Below are positions 26,125-38,346 of a stretch of DNA of 64,000 nt, in pieces. Numbering within the stretch: the stretch's first letter is position 1; every line of letters begins with the position of its first letter. Under the pieces are notes generated by a model that was not told the DNA's origin, did not search any database, and saw nothing but the letters and a program-made list of their open reading frames with translations. Position numbers and translations under genes: made by a program. The DNA comes from Octopus sinensis (Eukaryota), in assembly GCF_006345805.1 (NCBI RefSeq), contig NC_043011.1:15140464-15204463 (forward strand), in the 5' to 3' direction.

Positions 26125-26330
26125 AAGTTAATCCAAACATGAAAACACAACAACGCGAGGACGTGGAACAAGTATAGTGTTATTGGCCGCTCAGGAAAGG
26201 AAAGAAAGAAGGAGGATTTAACGTTTCGAGCGGAGCTCTTCGTCAGAAACATAGGGAAAGGAAAGATCCAAGAAAGGGAAGACAGAGGAAAAAAATCGCC
26301 AGCGATACACACGCGGTCACATTTTGAATG
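26125..26330 (-). mobile_element. Solo PLE terminal repeat with minimal hammerhead
   Basis: Homologous to 29081-29290; contains the hammerhead at 26216-26250. Confidence 0.75.
26216..26250 (-). ncRNA. Minimal type I hammerhead ribozyme motif
   Basis: Sense: TTT-CTGACGA-A-GAGC-TCC-GCTC-GAAAC-GTT-AAA; palindromic ACGT stem III as in PLE minimal hammerheads. Confidence 0.7.
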
Positions 26331-26460
26331 CAACTATACACATATAGTTACACCAACGCTAATAAGTAGAAATTAATGCAAACTTTCCTTTTACTATTTC
26401 TCTCACACCCTTATGAAAATATGTGACCTTATATCTAATTTGCTAATGGCGTACATTTCT

Positions 26461-26875
26461 TATTTCGTTATTGCCCACAAGGGGCCAAACATAGAGGGGA
26501 CAAACAAGGACAGACAAAGGGATTAAGTCGATTATATCGACCCCAGTGCGTAACTGGTACTTAATTTATCGACCTCGAAAGGATGAAAGGCAAAGTCAAC
26601 CTCGGCGGAATTTAAACTCAGAACGTAACAGCAGACGAAATACCTATTTCTTTACTACCCACAAGGGGCTAAACACAGAGGAAACAAACAAGGACAAACA
26701 GACAGATTAAGCCGATTATATCGACCCCAGTGCGTAACTGGTACTTAATTTATCGACCCCGAAAGGATGAAAGGCAAAGTCAACCTCGGCGGAATTTGAA
26801 CTCAGAACATAACGGCAGACGAAATACGGCTACGCATTTCGCCCGGCGTACTAACGTTTCTGCCATTTCGCCGCG
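26461..26875 (-). mobile_element. SINE family A dimer
   Basis: Two bodies joined at ..AAAGAAATAGGTATTTCGTCTG; 15-bp TSD GCGTACATTTCTTAT (26449-26463, 26873-26887). Confidence 0.9.
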
Positions 26876-27845
26876 TACATTTCTTATCACACCAATGAAG
26901 GACTTTGCCTAAAACTTGTGATATCTCTTTTCTGCTTCACAGTAAACTAATTCCATTTCGTAAACTGTTTGCATTTACTATTTGCTAGCACAAGCCATTA
27001 CTAACATTTTTCAGATTCAACTTTATTCACTTTGACATTTACTGCCAATGTTTGAACATGCTAGATATTCACCAGGGAGACGACAACTTGTTTACATGTT
27101 TACTCCTTGCTTTGTTTATCATTTAATAATGGATGTGCTCATAGGTGTAGGTCTGATGGCATAACTGTGACATACTAGATACTGCTGTAAACCAACTACA
27201 AACTTTTACAAATTGCTAGTCATGACCTTGGAAAAGAAATGTTTTTGAAAAACTTTAATGTGTATCATAGAAATGTTTTTTAACCCAACAGGTAAACATT
27301 TAAATGGCGTTGAGCCTATAATGAAATTACTGTTATAGTATAACGCCAGCACGGTTGTAAACCAGTCATGCATTCCACTTATTTTGGTCTAGTCTATAAT
27401 CTAAATTAAATATTTACCACAGAGGCATACTCTTTAAAGAAGACATATAAATACCACAGTTTATATCATATTAAATGTTAGCGAGTAGTTTTTGATCAAA
27501 AGTGGAATTATGAACTATGAGTTATTTGAGGCAGCATCATAAGTTTATAGGGTGAAAGAATAGCCGGAAAAAATTAAATTCTGATATACGATATGAAAAC
27601 AAAGGTGTATAGTCTCTCCTCTCCTCGTAGAAAGTATTCCAGTTACCCATGATAGTGTATCTTGGTTGCCTGTAATAACTGTTATAATTTAATTATCCAT
27701 AGTCTGATATAATAATAATAGTTCGGTATACAAAAATTCCTTCTTCAGATATTCCTAGGAATTGATCGAGTCACTGCTATAATCGGTTTTCCAACACTTA
27801 CAATGCACAATGCTTCAAGCGAACTACAATACTCTCTCATACATA

Positions 27846-27876
<31 letters not shown>

Positions 27877-27894
27877 ATATCTATGTGTGTGTTT

Positions 27895-28110
27895 GTGTGT
27901 CCTTGTGTTAGTGTTTCTCCCCGCCACCATCGCTTGACAACCGGTGTTGCTGTGTTTACGTCCCTGAGTCCCCGTAACTTAGCAACTGAATAAGTTCTAA
28001 GTTTAAATAAAAGTACGTACTGGGGTCGCTTTGTTCGACCTTCAAGGTTGTGCCTCCAGCCTGGCCGCTGTCAAATAACTGGACCAACTAAAAAATAAAA
28101 GATAAAAAAA
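27895..28110 (+). mobile_element. Degenerate 3' module of SINE family B
   Basis: CATCGCTTGACAACCGGTGTTGCTGTGTTTACGTCCC..CCCGTAACTTAGC. Confidence 0.7.
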
Positions 28111-28456
28111 GAATAGCTGGCAAAATAGCAGCTGAAAATCTTTCCGTTTTATCAGACGCCATTATCGAAGCAGAACATTATTTAGCCTGCCTTCATTTAC
28201 ATCTGAAAACACTGGTAGTGAGGGTTTTGCTTAATATAATTTGTAGAATAAGAACAACGATCTTAGAGAGAATTCAGCCTGTTTGCTTGCGCATGTTTCT
28301 TTTTCTGCTCGCCAACTGGTTTGGTCTCTCAGTCTATTTTCCTGTCAACTAATTTAATTTTTTGTCTCCTCTTCTGTGTGGATTTACGTTCTCTTTACTT
28401 TTCTGTCTAAACCCCTCATCTGGTATCTGATTATCGCTTATTTATAGCTTAATTGA

Positions 28457-28558
<102 letters not shown>

Positions 28559-29020
28559 CTTTATGTGTTTATCTGTCTCTACCTACCTCAGACCTGCAAA
28601 TGTAACAATCTGTATATATTTACAAATCCACAATCTCATCATCAAACAAAAAATCAATCATTCTGTCAGCTTCACAAACGTGTATATTTATATTATATTT
28701 TTGTATCTGTCTGTATATATACAGTCTGTGTTTACCGATACGTAAATATCATGCAAAGTTGTTGACCGATACGCAGTCAGACTGATGTGCAAATGTGTGT
28801 ACAGAGACACGTATATACATATGTATATATGATATATGATATATATATAAATGGAGATGCACTTGCATAGCGAGTGCTGCAGTACGAAGATTTGTCATTG
28901 AACAGGCTGCGGTCTCAAAGCGACGAATATATTATGGCAAATTAAATTTAGATGTTGAAGTGAATCTAACGGTTTTTGTGTGTTTCTTAAATGGATTATA
29001 AACACCTTCCACGCTGCAAT

Positions 29021-29086
<66 letters not shown>

Positions 29087-29167
29087 AATCCAAAAGGGAA
29101 ACAAAAACAACAACAGGAACAATTACAGTATTATTATTAATAGGCGCTCAGGAGATGGAAGCAGGGA

Positions 29168-29205
29168 GGTATGACGTTTCGAGCGGAGCTCTTCGTCGGA
29201 AACAT
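29168..29205 (-). ncRNA. Minimal hammerhead motif with a core substitution (CCGACGA)
   Basis: Sense: GTTT-CCGACGA-A-GAGC-TCC-GCTC-GAAAC-GTC-ATAC. Confidence 0.6.
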
Positions 29206-29959
29206 AAAGAAGGAAGAGAGAGGAAAGAAGATCCCAGAGCGGGCAACAGGGAAAGAGAAAAAAGACGACTGGTGTTTACGAGTTGCACATGGTGAAAGGC
29301 GGATGTTGACGATAACAAGAGCAAAGTGGGTTTTTAAAGGCAAAAGAGTGGAGACAAGGTTGGTAACCCAACAGATGTGTGTGTATGTGTGAGTGTGTGC
29401 ATATGCGTGTGTGTATGTGTGTGTGTGAGGCGAGATGAAAAAACAAAAAAATATGTGTGTGTTAGTGTGTGCGTCTGTGTGTAGGCGTGTGAGGTAGGGC
29501 GAGACTAGTGGTCAGCTAGCAGACGAGGTCAGTAGTAAGAAAAAGAAGGAAGGAGGAAGGGAGGTCAGTAGTAAGAAAAAGAAGGAAGGAGGAAGGGAGG
29601 GAGGGGAAGGGGTGGGGGCGTATGTAGCGTGCCAGCGTGTGTTGAGTAGTAGTGTGTGTGTGTGTCCAGTGTCGTGGTGGTATTAATGGCGAGTAGATTG
29701 AATGTGTGTAAGAGTGATGTATATATATAGGCAAGGTGTGTATATGTGTGCGCGTGTGTGTAACGAAAAAAGGGGGGTGTTAAGGAAAAAGGACTCCAGC
29801 TGAGGGGAAGATGGAAGAGTGGTACCGCGGAGACAGGCGTGGGAAAACCCAACGACACGCGACGGTCCCAGGAACGGGCGGGAGGTCTCGTCAGGTCCAA
29901 GGGCGAGGTGTATGCGGCGCGTATGCAGCGCGAGCCGGCGCAAGTGCGTATGTGCGCGT

Positions 29960-31900
29960 GCCTGCGAGTATGCGCGTAAGTATGTATGTGTGTGGATGTG
30001 TGAGTGTGTCTGTGTGTATGTCTGGGTGGCAGTGTGTCCGATGAATGTATGTGAGTATGTGTGTATGTATGTGTGTGCATAGATGTATGTCCGTGTGTGT
30101 GTGTGTATGTATGTGTGAGTGTGTATGTATGTGTGTGTCGGATGCATGTATGTGTATGGGTGTATGTATGCGTGTGTGTATGTATGTATGTGTACGTGCG
30201 TGTGTGTGTGTGTATGCGTGTAGGTGTGCGCGTGTGCATGCATGCATGCATGTGCGTATGTGTGTGTGCATGTGTGTGGGTATATATGCATGTGCGTATA
30301 TGTGTGTGTATGTGCGTACATGTGTGTGTGTATGCATGTGTGTGTATGTAGGTGTGTAGGCGTGTGTGTATAGGTGTATGTATGTAAGTATGTGTGGGTG
30401 TGTCCGTGTATGTGTGTGTATGTATGTGTGTGTATGTAGGTGTGTGGGCGTGTGTATATGTGTGTGTATGTAGGTGTGTGGGCGTGTGTATATAGGTGTA
30501 TGTGTGTATGTCTGGGTGTGTCCGTGCATGTTTGTGTGTGTGTGTGTATGCATGTGTATGTGGGTGTGTGTGTACGTGTGTAATGTATGTGTGTATGCGT
30601 GTGTATGCGTGCGTGTGTGTATGTAGGTGCGTGTGTATGTGTGTGGGAGTGTAGGTGTGTGTGTGCGTGTGCGTGTTTATGTTGGTGTGTGCGTATGTGA
30701 GTGTGAGTGTATGGGTGTTTGTCATGCATGTGTGTGCGCGTGCAGGTGAGTGTGTGTGTAAGTATGTGTGTGTGTATGTTTGTGTGAGTGTGTAAGTGTG
30801 TATGTCTTTGTGTGTGTAGGTGCGTATAGGAGTATGTGGGTATGTGTGTATGTATGTATATGGGTGTATGTATGTATGTGTGTGTGTGTGCATGTGTATA
30901 AGTATATGTGTGTGTGCGTATGTGTGTATATGTGTATGTGTGTGTGTTTATGTATGTGTGTATGTATGTGTGTAGGCGTGTGTGTGTAGATGTATGTATG
31001 TATGTGTGTGTGTGTGTATGTAGGTGTGTGGGCGTGTGTATATAGGTGTATGTGTGTATGTATGTCTGTGTGTGTGTATGTGTGTATGTATGTGTGTGCA
31101 TAGATGTATGTCCGTGTGTGTGTGTGTGTATGTGTGTGTGTGTATGCGTGTGAGTGTGAGTGTATGGGTGTATGTCTGTGTGTGTGTATGTCTGAAGTAG
31201 GTATGTATGTGTATGTATGTATGTGTGTGTGTGCAGGTATGTGTGTGTATGTGTGTGTGAGTAGGTGTGCGTGTATGTATGTGGGTAGGGATGCATGCGA
31301 GTGTGTGGGTATGTATGCATACATACGTACGCGCACATCCGAAGCAAGCCCACACGCACAAAGCGCGCTCACGCACACAACGCACAAGCAGTACAACGCA
31401 AGCCCAAGGGGCCGACCAAGCCCCCAGCGCGCGCCAAGGCGCGCGAGCGCAAAGGCCCTCGAACGGCCCGCTACGCGGGAACCGAGGATCCATCAGCCAA
31501 AACCGGAAAGCAGAAAAGAGGGGGGGGCTGCCTGGATGCAAAAAGGTGTATGTGTGTGTGCATTCAGTGTAAGGGTGTGCATGTGTGGGCATGTATGTAT
31601 GTATGTGCCTACATGTATGTTTGCATGTGTGTGTGTGAAGTATGTACGTGCGGTGTGTGTGTGTGTGTGTGAGTGTGTGTGTATGTATGTGCGTATGTAT
31701 GTGTGTGTGTATGTGTGTATGTATGTCTGTGTGTGTGTGTGTGTGTAAGTATGTATGTGTGTGCGTATGTATGTATGTGTGTGTGTATGTGCATGTTGGT
31801 TTGTATGTTAGTGTGTGCTAGTATGTCTGTAAGTGTGTGTGATTAAATGTGTGAATGTATGTACGTAAATGGGTCTGCGTATGTGTGTGTGTGAACAGGC
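29960..31900. repeat. Long degenerate (GT)/(GTAT) array with internal block duplications
   Basis: e.g. GTGTGTGCATAGATGTATGTCCGTGTG at ~30071 and ~31092; GTAGGTGTGTGGGCGTGTGTATATAGG at ~30470 and ~31020. Confidence 0.9.
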
Positions 31901-32021
31901 GTGTGGGAGGTAGGTGGTTGGGTGTGTGTGGGAGGTAGGTGGGTGGGTGTGTGCGTGTGGGAGGCAGGTGGTGTGTGTGTGTGGGTGGTGTGCAAAAAAA
32001 AAAAAAAAAAAAAAACAGATC

Positions 32022-32853
32022 TCAAGAGGAGGGGGCTGTGTTAAGTCCGTGTGGGGTGGTAGTTTGTAGGGTGAAGATGTAGCGTTGCTCCAAGTGGAGC
32101 CTGGAAAGTGGGCGACCTTGGTGGGGGGCGAGACCAAACACTGAGATGTCATCTAGGGAATGGCCGGCCGAGCGGAAGTGGCGTGCAACGGGAGAAAGAG
32201 AGTGTAGGCGAACGTCCCTTAAGTGCTCAGTGAAACGGTCGGACAACCGGCGTCCCGTCTGTCCTACATACAGCATCCCGCATAGGTTGCATTTAATGCA
32301 GTAAATAAGGCCAGACGAGGTGCACGTAAAAGAGTGCCTAATGCGTACAGTGTGCAGGTTGGAGCCGGTGACAGCGGTGGTGTTGGTGATGAAGGGGCAA
32401 GTGTTGCAGCGGGATCTAGAGCAAGGGAATGATCCGTGTGGGGCTGAGGGGGAAGGAGAGAGGGTGCTGTGGACCAGGAGGTCACGCAGATTGCGGGCTC
32501 GTTTGAAAGAGGACAGGGGTAGGTTAGGGAAAATGGGGCGGGTGGTGGGATCAAGCTGGAGGCGACGGAAGGCACGTAGTATCTTGCGACGAAGGGGTAG
32601 GGTAGAGGGGTGGAAAAGGAGGGGGAAGGGGTGCGGTTGGGGGGTGGGCGGGGGGAAGGAGACAGGGCGTAGTGCGGTCGATGCGACGGGCGCGGGTGAG
32701 GGCATCAGAGAGGAGTATGGGTGGGTAACCTCGGAGTCTGAACATGCGGGCCAGGTATTGAAATTGGGTCTCGAAATCCTGGTCGCGGCTGCACAAACGT
32801 CGGAGGCGGAGGAACTGGGAGTAGGGGATGGCTCGTTTGGTGTGGAAGGGGTT
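32022..32853 (-). pseudogene. PLE ORF remnant (RT thumb plus GIY-YIG endonuclease), one frameshift near 32670
   Basis: ORF-track entries 32551-32961 and 32022-32705 give consecutive PLE domains. Confidence 0.88.
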
Positions 32854-32877
32854 ATATATATATATATATATATATAA

Positions 32878-33258
32878 GCGCAGGAGTGGCTGTGTGGTAA
32901 GTAGCTTGCTTACCAACCACATGGTTCCGGGTTCAGTCCTACTGCGTGGCACATTGGACAAGTGTCTTTTACTATAGCCTCGGGTTGAGTGGATTTGGTA
33001 GACGGAAACTGAAAAAGCCCGTCGTATATGTGTATATATATATGTATATGTGTGTATGTGAGTTTGTGTGTGTTTGTACCCCCAACATCGCTTGACAACC
33101 GGTGCTGGTGTGTTTACGTCCCCGTAACTTAGCGGGTCGGCAAAAGACCGATAGAATAAGTATTAGGCTTACAAAGAATAAGTCCTGGGGTCGATTTACT
33201 CGACTAAAGGCGGTGCTCCAGCATAGCCGCAGTCAAATGACTCAAACAAGTAAAAGAG
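32878..33258 (+). mobile_element. SINE family B, full structure (tRNA-like head, CORE-like segment, internal microsatellite, 3' module)
   Basis: GTGGCTGTGTGGTAAG (A box), GGTTCAGTCC (B box), TGGCACATTGGACAAGTGTC (CORE-like), (TA/TG)n, 3' module. Confidence 0.85.
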
Positions 33259-33297
33259 TATATATATAAAATCATATACACGGGTATGCGTGTATAT

Positions 33298-33435
33298 TTT
33301 CCTTTCATCCTTTCAGAGTCGATTAAATAAGTACCAGTTACGCACTGGGGTCGATATAATCGACTAAATCCGTTTGTCTGTCCTTGTTTGTCCCCTCTGT
33401 GTGTAGCTCCTTGTGGGCAGTAAAGAAATAAGAAA
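33298..33435 (+). mobile_element. SINE family A, 5'-truncated
   Basis: CCTTTCATCCTTT..AAGTACCAGTTACGCACTGGGG..TAAAGAAATAAGAAA. Confidence 0.85.
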
Positions 33436-34727
33436 CATACACATAGTGACAAGAAGTTTATCAAAGTATGCGAAAGATTTCAATATATTATATTAGATGA
33501 CGCCGAATCAAACTGCAATGTGAATTATGTAATACATTGTCATCCATCTCTCATCTTTTATCTTCTTCTTGTTTCATTCGCTATTATGCGGCCATGCTGA
33601 GGCACTACCTTGAAGAACTTTATTCGAAAGAATTTTGCGCAATTAATTATATTCTTGTTTTGAAGTCTGGTACTTATTTGATAGTTATATTTTTCCCAAC
33701 CGCTAAATAAAAGGGACGTAAATATATTAACAAGTTTCCAAACTATGGTGGGAGAACAAACATAAAGAAACACACACACACATACACACACACACACATA
33801 CACACACACACACGTACGCCCACGCATGTACGCACGAACACACACACGCACACACACCCATATATTCATATAAATATATATGTATATACTTATGAATATA
33901 TATACATACATACATAAGTATATTTATGTATACATGCATATATATGTGTGCATACTATCTCTCTCCTTTCTACCCCCTTTCTCTCTAAATACATACATGC
34001 ATACACGAATCTTGTCATATTCTGGACATGGCAAAAGAAACAATGTAAATATTTTGAGTTCCATTATTGATGCGAATATGTTAAATAAATGGTTGCATCT
34101 TTTATGCCTGAAGTATATGCGGTCATCTGACGAGATCGGTTTCTTTCAAATGATGCAATATTTTCATTAATCAATTAAAGGAGTCGCTTGGAACGACTGT
34201 AATGAATTTACACTTGTACATTTTTATCATTTATTTATATTTCTTGCACCTGTATGCACTCCGAAAATACTATAGAATCTGCACTTCGAAAATGTTATAG
34301 AAAATACCTTTATAAAAAGTACATGTCTGAATTACCAAGAATAAACACCCCTGCACGGAGTCCTGATATTCAAAATTCAATTAATATTGTTTGGGTGTGT
34401 TGATTATACAGACCTAGCAAGATGCCTCAATTTAAGTACCTAATTCAACGGAATCTTAATTATATATACTAGCAGAGAGGCCACCCTCCGGACGGTTTTC
34501 TGTATGTATGTGTATATATGTATGTGTATATATGTGTGCATTCTTGCATATATATACACATATATATGTATGCATGTATGCATATATATATACATACATA
34601 CATATATATATATTGGTAAAAACTTACAATTATACACTGTGCCAATAATAAAATACATTTGAAGAATCGCGTCACTTTTGCTCTTTCTTTTTGTGAAACT
34701 GAGTATTTTTAGAAACTCATTTAGATG

Positions 34728-34798
<71 letters not shown>

Positions 34799-34799
34799 G

Positions 34800-34839
<40 letters not shown>

Positions 34840-34849
34840 TATATTGAGA

Positions 34850-34897
<48 letters not shown>

Positions 34898-35037
34898 GTA
34901 TATATATGTATATGTATATATATATTTATATGTGTATATATATATGTGTGTGTATATGTATGTATGTATGTATGTATGCACCACGTTCAATTAAATAATA
35001 AATACTAAATAATATATACCTATGTGTGTGTGTGTGT

Positions 35038-35370
35038 AAAGATAAATTAAATATAGAGATATTCTATTAACGATCCAATAATTTATTTGTACGACAATAT
35101 TACATTAAATACTATGAATATAATATATCACATAATCACAGTTCCATTATATATATAATCACTTCAGGGTCTTTTGTTCAGAAAAGACCCTGAAGTGACT
35201 GTATATATAATGGAACTGTGATTATGTATCTCAGAAAAAATATATATAAGTCGAAACAATATGTTGGCCTTTAATGGTTTTTATAATTATTTATATAATA
35301 TCATGTAATATTATAGTACAAATAACTTATTGGATTGTCGACAGAATATCTCCATATTTAATTTATCTTT
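35038..35370 (+). mobile_element. ~330-bp foldback hairpin with a hammerhead-like motif (PLE-derived)
   Basis: Centre TCACTTCAGGGTCTTTT-GTTCAG-AAAAGACCCTGAAGTGA; outer arms AAAGATAAATTAAATAT/ATATTTAATTTATCTTT; CTGAAGT-GAC..GTC-GAAAC-AATAT-GTT at 35190-35265. Confidence 0.7.
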
Positions 35371-35469
35371 ATAATTGAATTATACTGATATTAATACGTT
35401 GTCCACCTGAGATACCAGTGAACTGGATGTTTAGGATTTTACTAACTGTGTAAACAACATGAAATACGA

Positions 35470-36300
35470 AAACAAACGAGTTAAATAAAACAAACAACGA
35501 GAGGACAAAATGGAAAACAGGACAAGTAAAGACAGAGGACGACCCTTCATCAGTTGTCGGCTGTCTATCAACTCCTCATTTCGAGCATTCAGTGACAATA
35601 TGACTCTTCAAATGTAGTTTATCCCATAAATTCCAAAATAAAATTTAGGATTTATGGAGAGTCAAAATTGGCAATAAAAACAGGGCGCTCTCATATATAT
35701 ATTATGTATTATTTATTATTTAATTGAACGCACGACGCATCCATTTCCAGGTAAGTTTATCTTCACCTTTTTGTTGCGATTCTCTAAGCTATTCTGTTTT
35801 CTTCTTCCATTCTTCTCTAATTCCTTTTTATCCCTCCTTCACCGTATTCTACCTGTCTTTTTCTCTCTCTCTCCCCTCTTTCTCCCTTTTCTCTCTCTCG
35901 TTGCTCACACGTGACCATCTCCATCTTTCTTTTCCCGAACGGACGTTCAAAATATCGGACCAGTGTTTTTCTCTCTCTCCATTCTGTCTTTCCGCTTTTC
36001 AAATAAATGTTTCTCACAGCATTCACTATTTTTCTCTCGATCGGGTCTAACAACCCTCCATGTTCATTTTCGTTCGGTTTCCTAGTATGTCTCCACTGTC
36101 ATGTTTTTGTTCCCAACTTTGGCCCTACATAAATCCCAAATTTTATTTTAGAATTTATGGAAGCAACTGTCTTTGAAAACTCATATTGTCATTGAATGCT
36201 CGAAATGAGGAGTAGATGGGCAGTCGATAACTGATGAAGGGTCGTTCACCTGTGCTTACTTTCCTGTTTTTCATTTCTTCTCGTTGTTTACGTATTTCAT
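35470..36300. repeat. Inverted pair of ~200-bp diverged repeats (35470-35685 and 36100-36300)
   Basis: CCCTTCATCAGTTGTCGGCTG..CTCCTCATTTCGAGCATTCA vs TGAATGCTCGAAATGAGGAG..CAGTCGATAACTGATGAAGGG. Confidence 0.8.
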
Positions 36301-36363
36301 ATTATTTGCACCGTTGGTGACGTCCTGTACCTATATATGCATGTATATATATTACATTATTTG

Positions 36364-36415
<52 letters not shown>

Positions 36416-36458
36416 ATATGTATGTATGTATGTATGTATGTTTGTATGTATATATACA

Positions 36459-37798
36459 TCAGGTTGGTACAAAGGTCTCTATTATAAATGAGAAAGCCCA
36501 TGGTTGACACAATATTTATTCGTTAACATAATTTCCATTGTTTTTTAGAGCTTCATTTCATTTGTCAAGAAGCTTATAAATGCCACTCTTGTAAAATTGT
36601 TTAGGCTTTTCAACCTCTTCTTTTGATGTCAACATAAGACTATTCAAATGGATTTATAGTGTCCTAAACAAATGATAATCAGAAGGAGCATCGTCTGGAG
36701 AATATGGATGAAGCAATATTTCCCAGCCAAGATCTTCCAAGCGATCTTTGGTCAGTCGAGATGTGTGAGGATGTACATTAGCATGGTGGAAGGTGACACC
36801 CTTTCTGTGGCCAAAGCAGGGTCGGTTTCTGTTTCTAAGCAGCTTTCAAACGATGAAGTTGATCACAGTAGAGATTAGCAGTAATTGTTTGATTGTTGTC
36901 TAACAGTTCGTAATGGGCACTTCCTTCAATATCCCACCATGCACTCAACATGATCTTCCTTGGATGAAATCCTCCTCTTGTTTGTTGAACAGCTCTTCCT
37001 CTTCGACTGATCCATGATCGGTGGCATTTAACGTTATGGTGAATGATCCACTTTTCATCACCAGTAACATGCCTTCCTAAAAATGGTTCTTTAAGATGTC
37101 GTGAAAGTAATGACCGACTACAAACAGTTCGCAACACATCCAAAAATTGGAATTCTAAGAAATTTCCTATAATTTCGATTTCTGAAGTTTACTGAATTTT
37201 TTGACTCCAAATTCTCGGATGTTTAAATATTCATTACATTCACTGCGTCTAATTCTTCATAAATTTAAATATTCATTCCAACCACTGAAACCTTTTCAAT
37301 CCTTTTCAGATGGCATAGAACAGTTGTATGGGCTACGTTAAACTGTTCTGCATGTTCTCTACAAGTAGCGGTTGGACTGTGACAAGTAGCTGTGACAACA
37401 GCTTCCAACTCTTCGGAATCAAGTTGTTATGAACGACCCTCTTTTGGGTCGTTTTTCAAACTCAAATTCCCACGTCTGAAGCGAGAGCACTATCTCCTGC
37501 AACTTTTTTCACTCACTACATCATCCCTATGAACTCTCTGAAGAGGTTTTGCTGCTGTGCTTGCATTGACACCTTTATGAAACTCATAGAGTAAGATATA
37601 TCTAATGTGATCTTTAGATAGGATGAACAAGGGTGCGAATATAATAAAAGGTTATGGCCAATACAATCAGAATCTGAAAGAAACATGTATAAATTACTCA
37701 TTGTGGCATTCTTAAAACATTGCAGGGGGCACAATTTAAAAAAATACTATCTAAAATTGTTTGCTAAAATATCGACCATTACCTTTGCATCAACCTGA
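36459..37798 (-). mobile_element. Degenerate near-full-length mariner with both TIRs
   Basis: TIRs TCAGGTTGGTACAAAGGT / ACCTTTGCATCAACCTGA; VTGDEKWIIHHN..HPRKIMLSAWWD..YELL..YCDQL; HPYSPDDAPSDYHLF; ~140-bp insert near 37141-37283. Confidence 0.88.
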
Positions 37799-37801
37799 TA
37801 T

Positions 37802-37869
<68 letters not shown>

Positions 37870-37874
<5 letters not shown>

Positions 37875-38346
37875 TTCTTTATTACCCACAAGGGGCTAAC
37901 CGCAGAGGGGAAAATCAAGGACAGGCAAAGGGATTAAGTCGACTACATCGACCCCAGTACGTAACTGGTACTTAATTTATCGACCTCGAAAGGATGAAAG
38001 GCAAAGTCGACCTCGGCGGAATTTAAACTCAGAACGTAACGGCAAACGAAACACGGCTATGCATTTCACCCGGCATGCTGCCAGCTCGTCACCTTAAACC
38101 TGATATATATATATATTTCTTTACTACCCATAAGAGGCTAAACACAGAGAGGACAAACAAGGACAGGCAAAGGGATTAAGTCGATTACATCGACCCCAGT
38201 GCGTAACTGGTACTTAATTTATCGACCCCGAAAGGATGAAAGGCAAAGTCGACCGCAGCGGAATTTGAACTCAGAACATAACGGCAGACGAAATACGGCT
38301 ACGCATTTCACCCGGCATGCTACCGTTTCTGCCAGCTCGCCGCCTT
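37870..38346 (-). mobile_element. Two tandem full SINE A copies (37870-38095, 38113-38346)
   Basis: Each has head and tail; separated and flanked by AACCTGATATATA. Confidence 0.9.

Larger units (their letters stand above)
29081..32853 (-). mobile_element. 5'-truncated Penelope-like element (Neptune-type): RT thumb plus GIY-YIG, ~2.9-kb CA-rich 3' region, terminal repeat with hammerhead
   Basis: HTKRAIPYSQFLRLRRLCS..RGYP; CSRSRCNTC linker; LIYCIKCNLCGMLYVGQTGRRLSDRFTEH..PVARHF..EQRYIFTLQT..PHGLN; (TA)n on both flanks. Continuity across the repeat tract is inferred. Confidence 0.75.

Noticed and set aside
29885-29900. Hammerhead at minus-strand CTGACGA
   Set aside because: No GAAA and no stems II/III in the required positions.
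29565-31794. Long His/Thr/Tyr-rich ORFs (442 and 558 aa) as metal-binding proteins
   Set aside because: All three minus frames are open because CA-rich repeats lack stop codons; this is a translation artefact of the array.
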